Shown: positions 39,186-47,225 of the stretch, piece by piece | How the letters are laid out: each line of letters begins with the position of its first letter | How positions within the stretch are numbered: position 1 is the stretch's first letter | From: Microbacterium sp. | GTDB taxonomy: Bacteria > Actinomycetota > Actinomycetes > Actinomycetales > Microbacteriaceae | Reading direction: 5' to 3' | DNA: 64,000 nucleotides | NCBI RefSeq assembly: GCF_039812165.1 | Contig: NZ_JBDIAB010000001.1 | Span: 5,193-69,192, forward strand | Translations under genes and position numbers: made by a program | The notes under the pieces: generated by a model | What the model saw: the letters and a program-made list of their open reading frames with translations, nothing else | What the model was told of the DNA's origin: nothing | Database searches by the model: none

Positions 39186-41108
39186 GTGAGCAGAACCCGG
39201 CACGACCAGGTGATCGCGCACCTCCTGCGCGGCCGCGACTGGGTGACCGCCGCCGAGCTCGCCGGCGTCGTCGGGGTGACCCCGCGCAGTATCCGCAGCT
39301 ACGTCACCGCGATCAACGCGCGCGTGCCCGCCGGCACGGCCGTCGAGTCCGGTCCGCGCGGCTACCGCGCCGGCCCGGAGGCCGCGCAGGCGCTGCACGC
39401 CGTCGCCGAGGCGCCGTCGACGCGCGACCGACTGCACCGGCTGGTGCGGGCGCTGCTCGAGTCGCCCGAGGGCATCGAGGTGTTCGACACCGCCGCGGCG
39501 TTCTTCGTCAGCCCCGCGACGCTCGAGGCCGATCTCGCGCGCGTGCGGGCGCTGCTCGGCGGCACGCAGCTGACCCTGCACCGCACCGCGTCGCGCGCCT
39601 TCCTGCGCGGACCCGAGACGGCCCAGCGGCGCCTGCTCAGCCGGCTCGCGCACGACGAGATGGAGGCGAGCGCGTTCGACCTCGCCGCGCTGCAGCGGGC
39701 CCTCGGCGCCGACGCGGTCGAGCCGGGCGCGTTCGGCCGGTTCAAGGCCGACCTCGTCGCGGGCCTGGAGGGCCTCGGATACGTCGTCAACGAGCTCAGC
39801 ATCGGCGACGTCATGATGCACGTCGCGATCGCGGCCGACCGGGTCGCCCGCGAGCGCGGGCTCGACGAGGCGCCCGCGCCGGCGTCGGCGGAACGGGCGC
39901 AGATCGGGGAGCTGATCGACGAGCTGGCGCGCGAGCATCTCGGCATCCGCTTCGGCGGGGGAGACCTCGCCCAGCTCGCCGGTCTCGTGCAGACCAGGGT
40001 CGTCGCCGCCGGCACCGCCGCGCGGGCGGCGCTCATCCGCGAGCGGCTTCCGGTCGACGTCGAGACCGCGGTGCGCGACGTCGTCGCGCGCGCCGAGCAG
40101 GAGTACCTCATCGACCTCGACGACGAGGACTTCGTGCTGCGCCTGGCCCAGCACGTCGCGAACCTCCGCGAGCGCGCGCAGGAGGGCGCGTGGTCGCGCA
40201 ACCCGCTGACGCGGTCGCTGAAGACCGCGTACCCGATGATCTTCGAGGTGGCCGTGTTCGTCGCCGACGGGCTGCGCGGGCTCCTCGGCCTGCCGATCCT
40301 CGACGACGAGATCGCCTACCTCGCGATGCACGTGGGCGGTCACCTGGAGCGGCACCGCAGCGAGGGCCGGCGGCTCACCGCGACGATCGTGTGCCCCGGC
40401 TACTACGAGATCCACGAGCTGCTGCACGCCCGCGTCGAGGGGTCGCTCGGCCAGGCCGTCGACGTCGTGGGCGTCGAGACGCGCGCCGACCCGGACTGGG
40501 CGTCGATCGACACCGATCTCGTGCTGACCACGATCGAGCCGCGCATCGCCGGCGACGGCATCGTGCGGATCCAGCCGTTCCTCACCGACGCCGACGTGTC
40601 GCGCGTGCAGGCCGCGGTCGCGCGCGTGCGTCGCGCGCACCGGCTGGCGCGCCTGCGCACCGAGCTGGAGCGCTACTTCGACCCCGAGGCGTTCGTCGCG
40701 CGCCTGGACGGCGCCGGTGGCGAGGACGGCGTCATCCGTCGTCTGGGCGCGCTGCTGGTCGCCCAGGGGGTCATCGACGACGAGTACGTCGAGCGGGCGA
40801 TCGAGCGCGAGCGGCTGTCGTCGACCGCGTTCACCGACGCGCTCGCCGTGCCGCACGCGCTCACGATGACCGCGACGCGCACCGCGATCGCCGTCGGCAT
40901 CGCCGAGCCGCCGATCGCGTGGGGCGAGGGGCACGTGCAGGTCGTCGCGATGGTCGCGTTCTCGGAGTCGGACCGCACCGCGTTCCAGACCGTGTTCGAG
41001 CAGCTGGTGGAGGTCTTCAGCGGCCACGAGGGCGTGCAGCGCATCGTGCGGCGCGCCACCACGTTCTCGGACTTCCTCGACGAGGTCGTCGCCGTCGTCG
41101 ACGACTGA
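39186..41108 (+). CDS. MtlR/BglG-type PRD-domain transcriptional regulator (HTH-PRD-EIIB-EIIA)
   Basis: HTH ELAGVVGVTPRSIRSY, PRD DEIAYLAMH, EIIB-like IVCPGY, EIIA RERLSSTAF..LAVPH. Confidence 0.88.
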   Translation: MSRTRHDQVIAHLLRGRDWVTAAELAGVVGVTPRSIRSYVTAINARVPAGTAVESGPRGYRAGPEAAQALHAVAEAPSTRDRLHRLVRALLESPEGIEVFDTAAAFFVSPATLEADLARVRALLGGTQLTLHRTASRAFLRGPETAQRRLLSRLAHDEMEASAFDLAALQRALGADAVEPGAFGRFKADLVAGLEGLGYVVNELSIGDVMMHVAIAADRVARERGLDEAPAPASAERAQIGELIDELAREHLGIRFGGGDLAQLAGLVQTRVVAAGTAARAALIRERLPVDVETAVRDVVARAEQEYLIDLDDEDFVLRLAQHVANLRERAQEGAWSRNPLTRSLKTAYPMIFEVAVFVADGLRGLLGLPILDDEIAYLAMHVGGHLERHRSEGRRLTATIVCPGYYEIHELLHARVEGSLGQAVDVVGVETRADPDWASIDTDLVLTTIEPRIAGDGIVRIQPFLTDADVSRVQAAVARVRRAHRLARLRTELERYFDPEAFVARLDGAGGEDGVIRRLGALLVAQGVIDDEYVERAIERERLSSTAFTDALAVPHALTMTATRTAIAVGIAEPPIAWGEGHVQVVAMVAFSESDRTAFQTVFEQLVEVFSGHEGVQRIVRRATTFSDFLDEVVAVVDD

Positions 41109-41119
41109 TCCGCCCGCAC

Positions 41120-41196
41120 GAACGTCGCAGAATCGGACCGAGTCCCGGAGGATTCGCCGGGGAACGATCCGACGTACGCGCGGTTCTCCGACGTCC
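41120..41196. repeat. REP-like inverted-repeat doublet between convergent genes
   Basis: ACGTCGCAGAA (41122-41132) / TTCTCCGACGT (41184-41194), 51-bp spacer. Confidence 0.5.
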
Positions 41197-41212
41197 GGGG
41201 CCGCGGATGCCG

Positions 41213-41647
41213 TCAGTACATCGCGAGCAGCAGCTCGTACAGCTCCTCGGGGGACTGCGCCGCGCGGAGCTTCTCGACGTCGTCCTCGTCCGAGAACAGC
41301 AGCGCGATGTGCGACAGCAGCTGGATGTGCTCGCCGCCCTTGCCGGCGATGCCCACGACGAAGGTGACCGGGTTGCCGTCCCAGTCGACGCCGCCGTCGT
41401 AGCGGACGAACGAGAGCGCCGAGTCGAGGATCGTGCCCTTCGTCTCGTTGAGACCGTGCGGGATCGCGAGCTCGTTGCCCATGTAGGTCGAGATCGTCGC
41501 CTCGCGCTGCTGCATCGCGTCGAAGTAGCTCGCCGTGACCGCGCCGGCCGCCTCGAGGATCTCGGCGGCCTCCTTCATCGCCTCGATGCGCGAGACGCTG
41601 CCGGCGTGGATGCGGACCTGCCCGAGGCCCAGGATGTCGCGGGTCAT
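41213..41647 (-). CDS. Second PTS EIIA, mannitol type, close paralogue of 36576-37016
   Basis: [13 protein letters not shown]; long near-identical stretches with the first EIIA. Confidence 0.9.
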   Translation of the reverse strand: MTRDILGLGQVRIHAGSVSRIEAMKEAAEILEAAGAVTASYFDAMQQREATISTYMGNELAIPHGLNETKGTILDSALSFVRYDGGVDWDGNPVTFVVGIAGKGGEHIQLLSHIALLFSDEDDVEKLRAAQSPEELYELLLAMY

Positions 41648-42102
41648 GTCGCACCGTCTCCCGTGTTGCGCCGCTGCTCCGAGAGGATGCGCACGACGTC
41701 GTCGTAGCCCGTCGACGACATCACGTTGTCGACCGAGATGTGCAGCGCGTCGGGCGCCTTGGCCCGGGCCTTCTCGCTGCGGCTGGCCTGCGTGATCACG
41801 AGGTCGACGGTGCGGTCGAGGTGCGAGATGGCGCGCACCGACACGTCCACGTCGGCGATGCCCGCCTTCTGCAGGCGCTTGCGCAGCACGGTCGCCCCCA
41901 CGACGGCGGCCCCGACCCCCGCGTCGCACGCGAACACGACCCGGCGGATCGCGCGCGGGCCGCCGGCGGGGGCGGATGCCGCCGACCGGCGCCTGCGCAC
42001 GACCAGCAGCACCGCGATCACGGCCGCGACCACCAGGACCGCGACGACCGCGACGACGATGCCGGTGGGATCACCGGCCGCCGCCTGCGCGCGGACGTCC
42101 AC
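41644..42102 (-). CDS. Single-TM-anchored mannitol-type EIIB without EIIC
   Basis: One TM (IVVAVVAVLVVAAVIAVLLVV-RRRR), then VVFACDAGVGAA and HISVDNVM, homologous to the MtlA EIIB; ATGA coupling to EIIA. Confidence 0.75.
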   Translation of the reverse strand: MDVRAQAAAGDPTGIVVAVVAVLVVAAVIAVLLVVRRRRSAASAPAGGPRAIRRVVFACDAGVGAAVVGATVLRKRLQKAGIADVDVSVRAISHLDRTVDLVITQASRSEKARAKAPDALHISVDNVMSSTGYDDVVRILSEQRRNTGDGAT

Positions 42103-42120
42103 GAGAGGCCCCTGTGCCGC

Positions 42121-43776
42121 CTACTTCGCCGCCGCCGCCCGGGCCGCCGCACGCGCGGAGTCGGCCGAGTCGGCCGCGAGGGCCGCCGCGGCGATGCGCT
42201 GGGCGTCCTCGAGCGTGTGCTCCAGGAGCGTCGCGCGGACGTCGGCGAGCGCGGTCGGGGCCATCGACAGGCTCGTCGCGCCGAGGCCCACGAGCACCAC
42301 CGCGAGGAGCGGGTCGGCGGCGGCCTCGCCGCAGATGCCGACGGGCTTGCCGTTCTTCTTGCCGGCCGCGCCGACCATGCCGACCAGGTGCAGCACCGCC
42401 GGGTGCCACGGATCCTGGAACGACGCCACCGAGCCGAGCAGGCGGTCGGCGGCGAGCGTGTACTGGGTGAGGTCGTTCGTGCCGATCGAGGCGAAGTCGG
42501 CGATCGCGAGCACGCGATCGGCGAGCACCGCCGACGAGGGCACCTCGACCATGACGCCGGCGGTCTTGACGCCGTACTCGCGCGCGATCGCGGTGAAGTA
42601 CTCGGTCTCCTCGACCGTGGCGACCATGGGCGCCATGACCCACAGGTCGGCCTCGGTCGCGGCATCCGCCTCGGCCAGAGCGGTCAGCTGCTCGCGCAGG
42701 ATGTCCTCGCTCGCCCGCAGGGCGCGAAGGCCGCGCAGGCCCAGCGCCGGGTTCTCCTCGTGCGCGTCGTTGAGGAACGCGAGCGGCTTGTCGGCGCCGG
42801 CGTCGAGCGCCCGGACCACGACCTTCTTGCCCGGGAACGCGGCCAGCAGCTCGGTGTACGCCTCGCGCTGCTGCTCGACGGTGGGCGCCTGCGACGAGCT
42901 CAGGAACAGGAACTCGGTGCGGAACAGGCCCACGCCCTCGGCACCCAGCTCGACGGCCTCGGTCGCACCGCCCGGCTTGCCGAGGTTCGCCAGCAGCGGC
43001 ACGGCCGTGCCGTCGGCGAGCGCACCCGGGGTGAGGGGGGCGGATGCCGCGGACTTGCGCGCGTCGGCGCGGTGCTGCGCGCGCGCGAGCTCGTCCTCGG
43101 TCGGCTCGGTGGTGACGGTGCCGGCGGCGGCGTCGACGATGACCGTCTCGCCGTCGGTGAGCCCGGAGGCGGCGGCGACGCCGACGACCGCGACGATCGA
43201 CTTCTCGCGCGCGAGGATCGCGGTGTGCGAGGTCGGGCCGCCCTCGGTCGTGATGAGGCCGAGCACCTTGTCGAGGTCGAGGAGCGCCGTGTCGGCGGGG
43301 GCGAGGTCCTTCGCGACGAGCACGAACGGGTGGCCCGGGTCGGGGACGCCGGGTGCGGGCAGGCCGCGCAGGCGCGCGATGACGCGCTGGGCGACGTCGT
43401 CGAGGTCGGCGGCGCGCTCGCCGAGGTAGCCGCCCATCGCCACGAGCATGTCGCGGAAGCTGGCGAACGCCTCGTGCACCGCGAACTCGCCGGTCTTGCC
43501 CGCCGCGACGCGGGTGGAGACCTCCTGCTCGAGCGTGGGGTCCTCGGCCATCATGGCCTGCGCCTCCAGCACGTCGCGTGCGGCGCCGCCGGCCTGCGCG
43601 CCACGGGCCTCGAGCTCGCGGGCGACGGCGGCGACCGCCTCCTTGACGCGCGCGGTCTCCTCGTCCGGAGTGCGCGTGCTGGCGACGTCCTCGGGTGCGG
43701 GCAGCGGCTCCGCCATCCGCGCGACGGGCCCCTGGGCCACGCCGAGACCGATTCCGACTCCTCGCAGTTCGCTCAT
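42121..43776 (-). CDS. ptsI: PEP-protein phosphotransferase (Enzyme I)
   Basis: GGPTSHTAILAR, GVGLFRTEF, EENPALGLRG, SIGTNDL, CGE. Confidence 0.96.
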   Translation of the reverse strand: MSELRGVGIGLGVAQGPVARMAEPLPAPEDVASTRTPDEETARVKEAVAAVARELEARGAQAGGAARDVLEAQAMMAEDPTLEQEVSTRVAAGKTGEFAVHEAFASFRDMLVAMGGYLGERAADLDDVAQRVIARLRGLPAPGVPDPGHPFVLVAKDLAPADTALLDLDKVLGLITTEGGPTSHTAILAREKSIVAVVGVAAASGLTDGETVIVDAAAGTVTTEPTEDELARAQHRADARKSAASAPLTPGALADGTAVPLLANLGKPGGATEAVELGAEGVGLFRTEFLFLSSSQAPTVEQQREAYTELLAAFPGKKVVVRALDAGADKPLAFLNDAHEENPALGLRGLRALRASEDILREQLTALAEADAATEADLWVMAPMVATVEETEYFTAIAREYGVKTAGVMVEVPSSAVLADRVLAIADFASIGTNDLTQYTLAADRLLGSVASFQDPWHPAVLHLVGMVGAAGKKNGKPVGICGEAAADPLLAVVLVGLGATSLSMAPTALADVRATLLEHTLEDAQRIAAAALAADSADSARAAARAAAAK

Positions 43777-43810
43777 GGTACTTCCTTGTCCTTGTCCGGT
43801 GGTCTTCGGG

Positions 43811-44083
43811 CTATGCGTCGTGGTCGGTGGTCAGCAGCTCCGCGAGCGTGTCGAGCACGTCGTCGGGGGCGTCGCCGTCCGCCGTGAGGGTCACGTAGTC
43901 GCCGAACTCGACGCCCAGGCCGATGACGCCCAGGATGCTGGCCGCGTTGACGGGCGCGCCCGCGCCCTTGGCGATCGTCACGTTCGCGCCGGAGTCCCGC
44001 GCAGCCTGGGCGAACAGCTTCGCCGGCCGGGCGTGCAGGCCATGGGACGATCCGATGCGCACGGTGCGCGAGACCTCGGTCAT
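43811..44083 (-). CDS. ptsH: Phosphocarrier protein HPr
   Basis: GLHARPA, VNAASILGV; GGAGAGG RBS. Confidence 0.95.
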   Translation of the reverse strand: MTEVSRTVRIGSSHGLHARPAKLFAQAARDSGANVTIAKGAGAPVNAASILGVIGLGVEFGDYVTLTADGDAPDDVLDTLAELLTTDHDA

Positions 44084-44278
44084 GCGGGTTCCTCTCCATC
44101 GATGTGCGCCGCACGGCGGCCGATGCGTCTGCACGCACCAGAGCCATTCTGGCTGGCCGGGGCCGTCCGCGACAACCGTCCGCGGCCGATCCGGGCCGAC
44201 GGCATCCGTCCCGCGCCGTTCGCGCCAGCCTACGCCCTCGGTGACGCGGGCCGTGCCGCTCGACCTCCCGGGTCCGCG

Positions 44279-44854
44279 TCAGCCGCGCGCGAGGCGTTCG
44301 CGCAGCCCCAGCGCGACCGCCGGCCACTCGTGCGGGAGGATCGAGTACACGACGGTGTCGCGGAGGGTGCCGTCGGGGCCGAGCCGGTGGTTGCGCAGAA
44401 CGCCGTCGAGGCGCGCGCCGAGCCGCTCGATCGCGGCGCGCGACTGCCGGTTGTGCCAGTGCGTGCGGAACTCGACCGCGATCGCGTCGCACGCCTCGAA
44501 CGCGTGGCCGAGCAGCAGCAGCTTGGCCGCCGTGTTGACGGCGGTGCGCTGCACCGCGGGCGACAGCCACGTGTGGCCGATCTCGACGTGCCGGTTCGCC
44601 TGGTCGACGTTGCAGAACGTGGTCATGCCGACGGCGCGCCCGTCGGGCAGCACGACCGCCCACGGGTTCATGGTCCCGGCATCCCGCCAGGCGAGACGCT
44701 GTGCGATCTCGTCCGGGACGGATGCCGGGACCGACGTGTACCACGCGTGCTCGAGGCCGACCGTGGCCTCGCCGAGGTCGGCGGCGTGGTCCGGGTGGAG
44801 CGGCTCCAGCCGGACGTGGTCGTTCTCGAGCGCGATCGGTTCGGTCAGCAGCAC
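44279..44854 (-). CDS. GNAT acetyltransferase (RimJ/RimL-like)
   Basis: VEIGHTWL, NTAAKLLLL.HAFE, SRAAIERLGA, RDTVVYSI. Confidence 0.88.
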   Translation of the reverse strand: MLLTEPIALENDHVRLEPLHPDHAADLGEATVGLEHAWYTSVPASVPDEIAQRLAWRDAGTMNPWAVVLPDGRAVGMTTFCNVDQANRHVEIGHTWLSPAVQRTAVNTAAKLLLLGHAFEACDAIAVEFRTHWHNRQSRAAIERLGARLDGVLRNHRLGPDGTLRDTVVYSILPHEWPAVALGLRERLARG

Positions 44855-44874
44855 ACGCCGAGCCTACGCCGCGG

Positions 44875-45708
44875 CTACAGCGCCTCGACGAACCTCGCCA
44901 GCAGCGCCCCGATGACCGGTCCCGCCTGCTGGCCGGCCTCGATGACCTCCTCGTGGCTGAGCGGGGTGGTCTGGATGCCGGCGGCCAGGTTCGTGATGAG
45001 CGAGAACCCGGCGATCTCGAGGCCCGCCTGCCGGGCGGCGATCGCCTCCAGCGCCGTGGACATGCCCGCGATGTGCCCGCCGATCGCCTTGACCATCTGG
45101 ATCTCGGCCGGGGTCTCGTAGTGCGGGCCGCGGAACTGGCAGTACACGCCCTCGTCGAGGGTCGGGTCGATCGTCCGGGCGAGGTCGCGCAGGCGGCGCG
45201 AGTAGAGGTCGGTGAGGTCGACGAAGTTCGCGCCCTCGATGGGGGAGTCGGCCGTCAGGTTGATGTGGTCGCTGATCAGGACCGGCTGCCCGGGGCTCCA
45301 GGAGGTCTTGAGACCGCCGGCGCCGTTGGTGAGCACCATGACCTTGGCGCCCGTGGCCGCGGCCGTGCGCACGCTGTGGACGACCCGGCGCACGCCGTGG
45401 CCCTCGTAGTAGTGCGTGCGCGCGCCGATGACGAGCACGCGCTTGCCGCCGGGGGTGAGGATGCTCCGCAGCGACCCGACGTGGCCCTCCAGCGCCGGCT
45501 TGCTGAAGCCGGTGACGTCGGTGGCCGGGATGGTCGCGGTCGTCTCGCCGATGAGCTCCGCGGCACCTCCCCAGCCGCTGCCGAGCGTGAGCGCGATGTC
45601 GTGGCTCTCGACGCCGGTGAGGCGGGCGATGTCGGCGGCGGCATCGGATGCCACGGCGAACGGGTCGGCGGCGGGGTCGTCGAGAGGGTTGCTGTAGGTG
45701 TCTGACAT
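44875..45708 (-). CDS. punA: Purine-nucleoside phosphorylase
   Basis: LGSGWG, RTHYYEG, TNGAGG, GPHYETPAE, GMST, TNLAAG. Confidence 0.94.
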   Translation of the reverse strand: MSDTYSNPLDDPAADPFAVASDAAADIARLTGVESHDIALTLGSGWGGAAELIGETTATIPATDVTGFSKPALEGHVGSLRSILTPGGKRVLVIGARTHYYEGHGVRRVVHSVRTAAATGAKVMVLTNGAGGLKTSWSPGQPVLISDHINLTADSPIEGANFVDLTDLYSRRLRDLARTIDPTLDEGVYCQFRGPHYETPAEIQMVKAIGGHIAGMSTALEAIAARQAGLEIAGFSLITNLAAGIQTTPLSHEEVIEAGQQAGPVIGALLARFVEAL

Positions 45709-45775
45709 GGCACCACTTTAGGGAGGACGGGCATCGGGGTGCCAGCGCCGCCGGGCATCCGGGCAGAATGGGCTC

Positions 45776-47215
45776 ATGGCAGCGAGCTTCCAGAGCAGTC
45801 AGACCGTCGCGGTGCTGGGTGGCGGACCCGGGGGCTACGAGGCCGCCCTGGCGGCGGCGCAGCTCGGCGCCGAGGTGACCCTGATCGAGCGGGCCGCGAT
45901 CGGCGGTGCGGCGGTCATCACCGACGTGGTGCCCTCGAAGAGCCTCATCGCGACCGCCGACGCGGCCGTCGCGATCCGGCAGGCCGAGGAGCTCGGCGTG
46001 CAGCTGTTCGCGCGCGGGGGCGGCGGCGCGCCGCTGCGCCCCGAGGTGGCGATCAACCTGGCCGCGGTGAACCACCGCCTGCTGGCGCTGGCGCGGCAGC
46101 AGTCCGACGACCAGCGCGCCTCGCTCGTCGAGGCGGGCGTGCGCATCGTCTCCGGCCACGGTCGGCTGGCCGGGCCCCGCGAGGTCGTGGTGTCCACGAG
46201 CGAGGGCGGCACCGACTTCGAGCACGTCGAGGCCGACACGCTCGTGGTCGCGGTCGGCGCGTCGCCGCGCGAGCTCGCGAGCGCCCGGCCCGACGGCGAC
46301 CGCATCCTCACGTGGACGCAGCTGTACGACATGACCTCGCTCCCCGAGCACCTGATCGTGGTGGGGTCGGGCGTCACCGGAGCCGAGTTCGCCGGCGCGT
46401 ACATGAACCTCGGCGCCGCCGTGACGCTCGTCTCGAGCCGCGACCAGGTGCTCCCCGGCGAGGACAGCGACGCCGCCGTCGTGCTCGAGAACGTCTTCCG
46501 CCGCGGCGGCATGCGGGTGCTGTCGCGCACGCGCGCCGAGAGCGTCGTCAACACCGGCGACGGCGTGGTGGTGACGCTCTCCGACGGGCGCACCGTCGAG
46601 GGCAGCCACTGCCTCATGGCGGTGGGCTCGATCCCGAACACGCGCGGGATCGGGCTGGAGCAGGCCGGTGTCCAGCTGACCGACTCCGGGCACATCCAGG
46701 TGAACCGCGTCGCGCGCACCTCGGTGCCGAACGTGTACGCGGCGGGGGACTGCACGGACTTCGTGCCGCTGGCATCCGTCGCCGCGATGCAGGGACGCAC
46801 CGCGGTCTTCCACGCGCTCGGCGACATCGTCATCCCGCTCGAGCGCCGACGCATCACCGCGAACATCTTCACGTCGCCCGAGATCGCCTCGGTCGGCTTC
46901 AGCGAGCAGGACGTCGTCGACGGCCGCGCGGACGGCGTCGTCTACAAGCTGCCGCTCGCCGCCAACGCGCGCGCGAAGATGATGCGCATCACCGACGGCT
47001 TCGTCAAGGTCATCGCGCGCACCGGGAGCGGCACCGTCATCGGCGCCGTGATCGTCGCGCCGCGCGCGTCGGAGCTGATCTACCCGCTCGCGATCGCGAT
47101 CGAGCGCCGGCTGACCGTCGACCAGGTGTCGCGCGTGTTCGCCGTGTTCCCCTCGCTCACCGGCAGCATCACCGACGCCACGCGCGCGATGCACATCGTC
47201 AACCGCGACGGCTGA
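45776..47215 (+). CDS. lpdA: NAD(P)H-quinone dehydrogenase (actinobacterial LpdA-type flavoprotein)
   Basis: LGGGPGGYEAA; TDVVPSK lacks the redox Cys pair, as expected for this family; VGSGVTGAE, YAAGDC. Confidence 0.88.
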   Translation: MAASFQSSQTVAVLGGGPGGYEAALAAAQLGAEVTLIERAAIGGAAVITDVVPSKSLIATADAAVAIRQAEELGVQLFARGGGGAPLRPEVAINLAAVNHRLLALARQQSDDQRASLVEAGVRIVSGHGRLAGPREVVVSTSEGGTDFEHVEADTLVVAVGASPRELASARPDGDRILTWTQLYDMTSLPEHLIVVGSGVTGAEFAGAYMNLGAAVTLVSSRDQVLPGEDSDAAVVLENVFRRGGMRVLSRTRAESVVNTGDGVVVTLSDGRTVEGSHCLMAVGSIPNTRGIGLEQAGVQLTDSGHIQVNRVARTSVPNVYAAGDCTDFVPLASVAAMQGRTAVFHALGDIVIPLERRRITANIFTSPEIASVGFSEQDVVDGRADGVVYKLPLAANARAKMMRITDGFVKVIARTGSGTVIGAVIVAPRASELIYPLAIAIERRLTVDQVSRVFAVFPSLTGSITDATRAMHIVNRDG

Positions 47216-47225
47216 GGACGAGCCG

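Noticed and set aside
45776-47215. Degenerate dihydrolipoamide dehydrogenase pseudogene (missing CxxxxC)
   Set aside because: Loss of the redox disulfide is a known feature of the actinobacterial LpdA quinone-reductase family.
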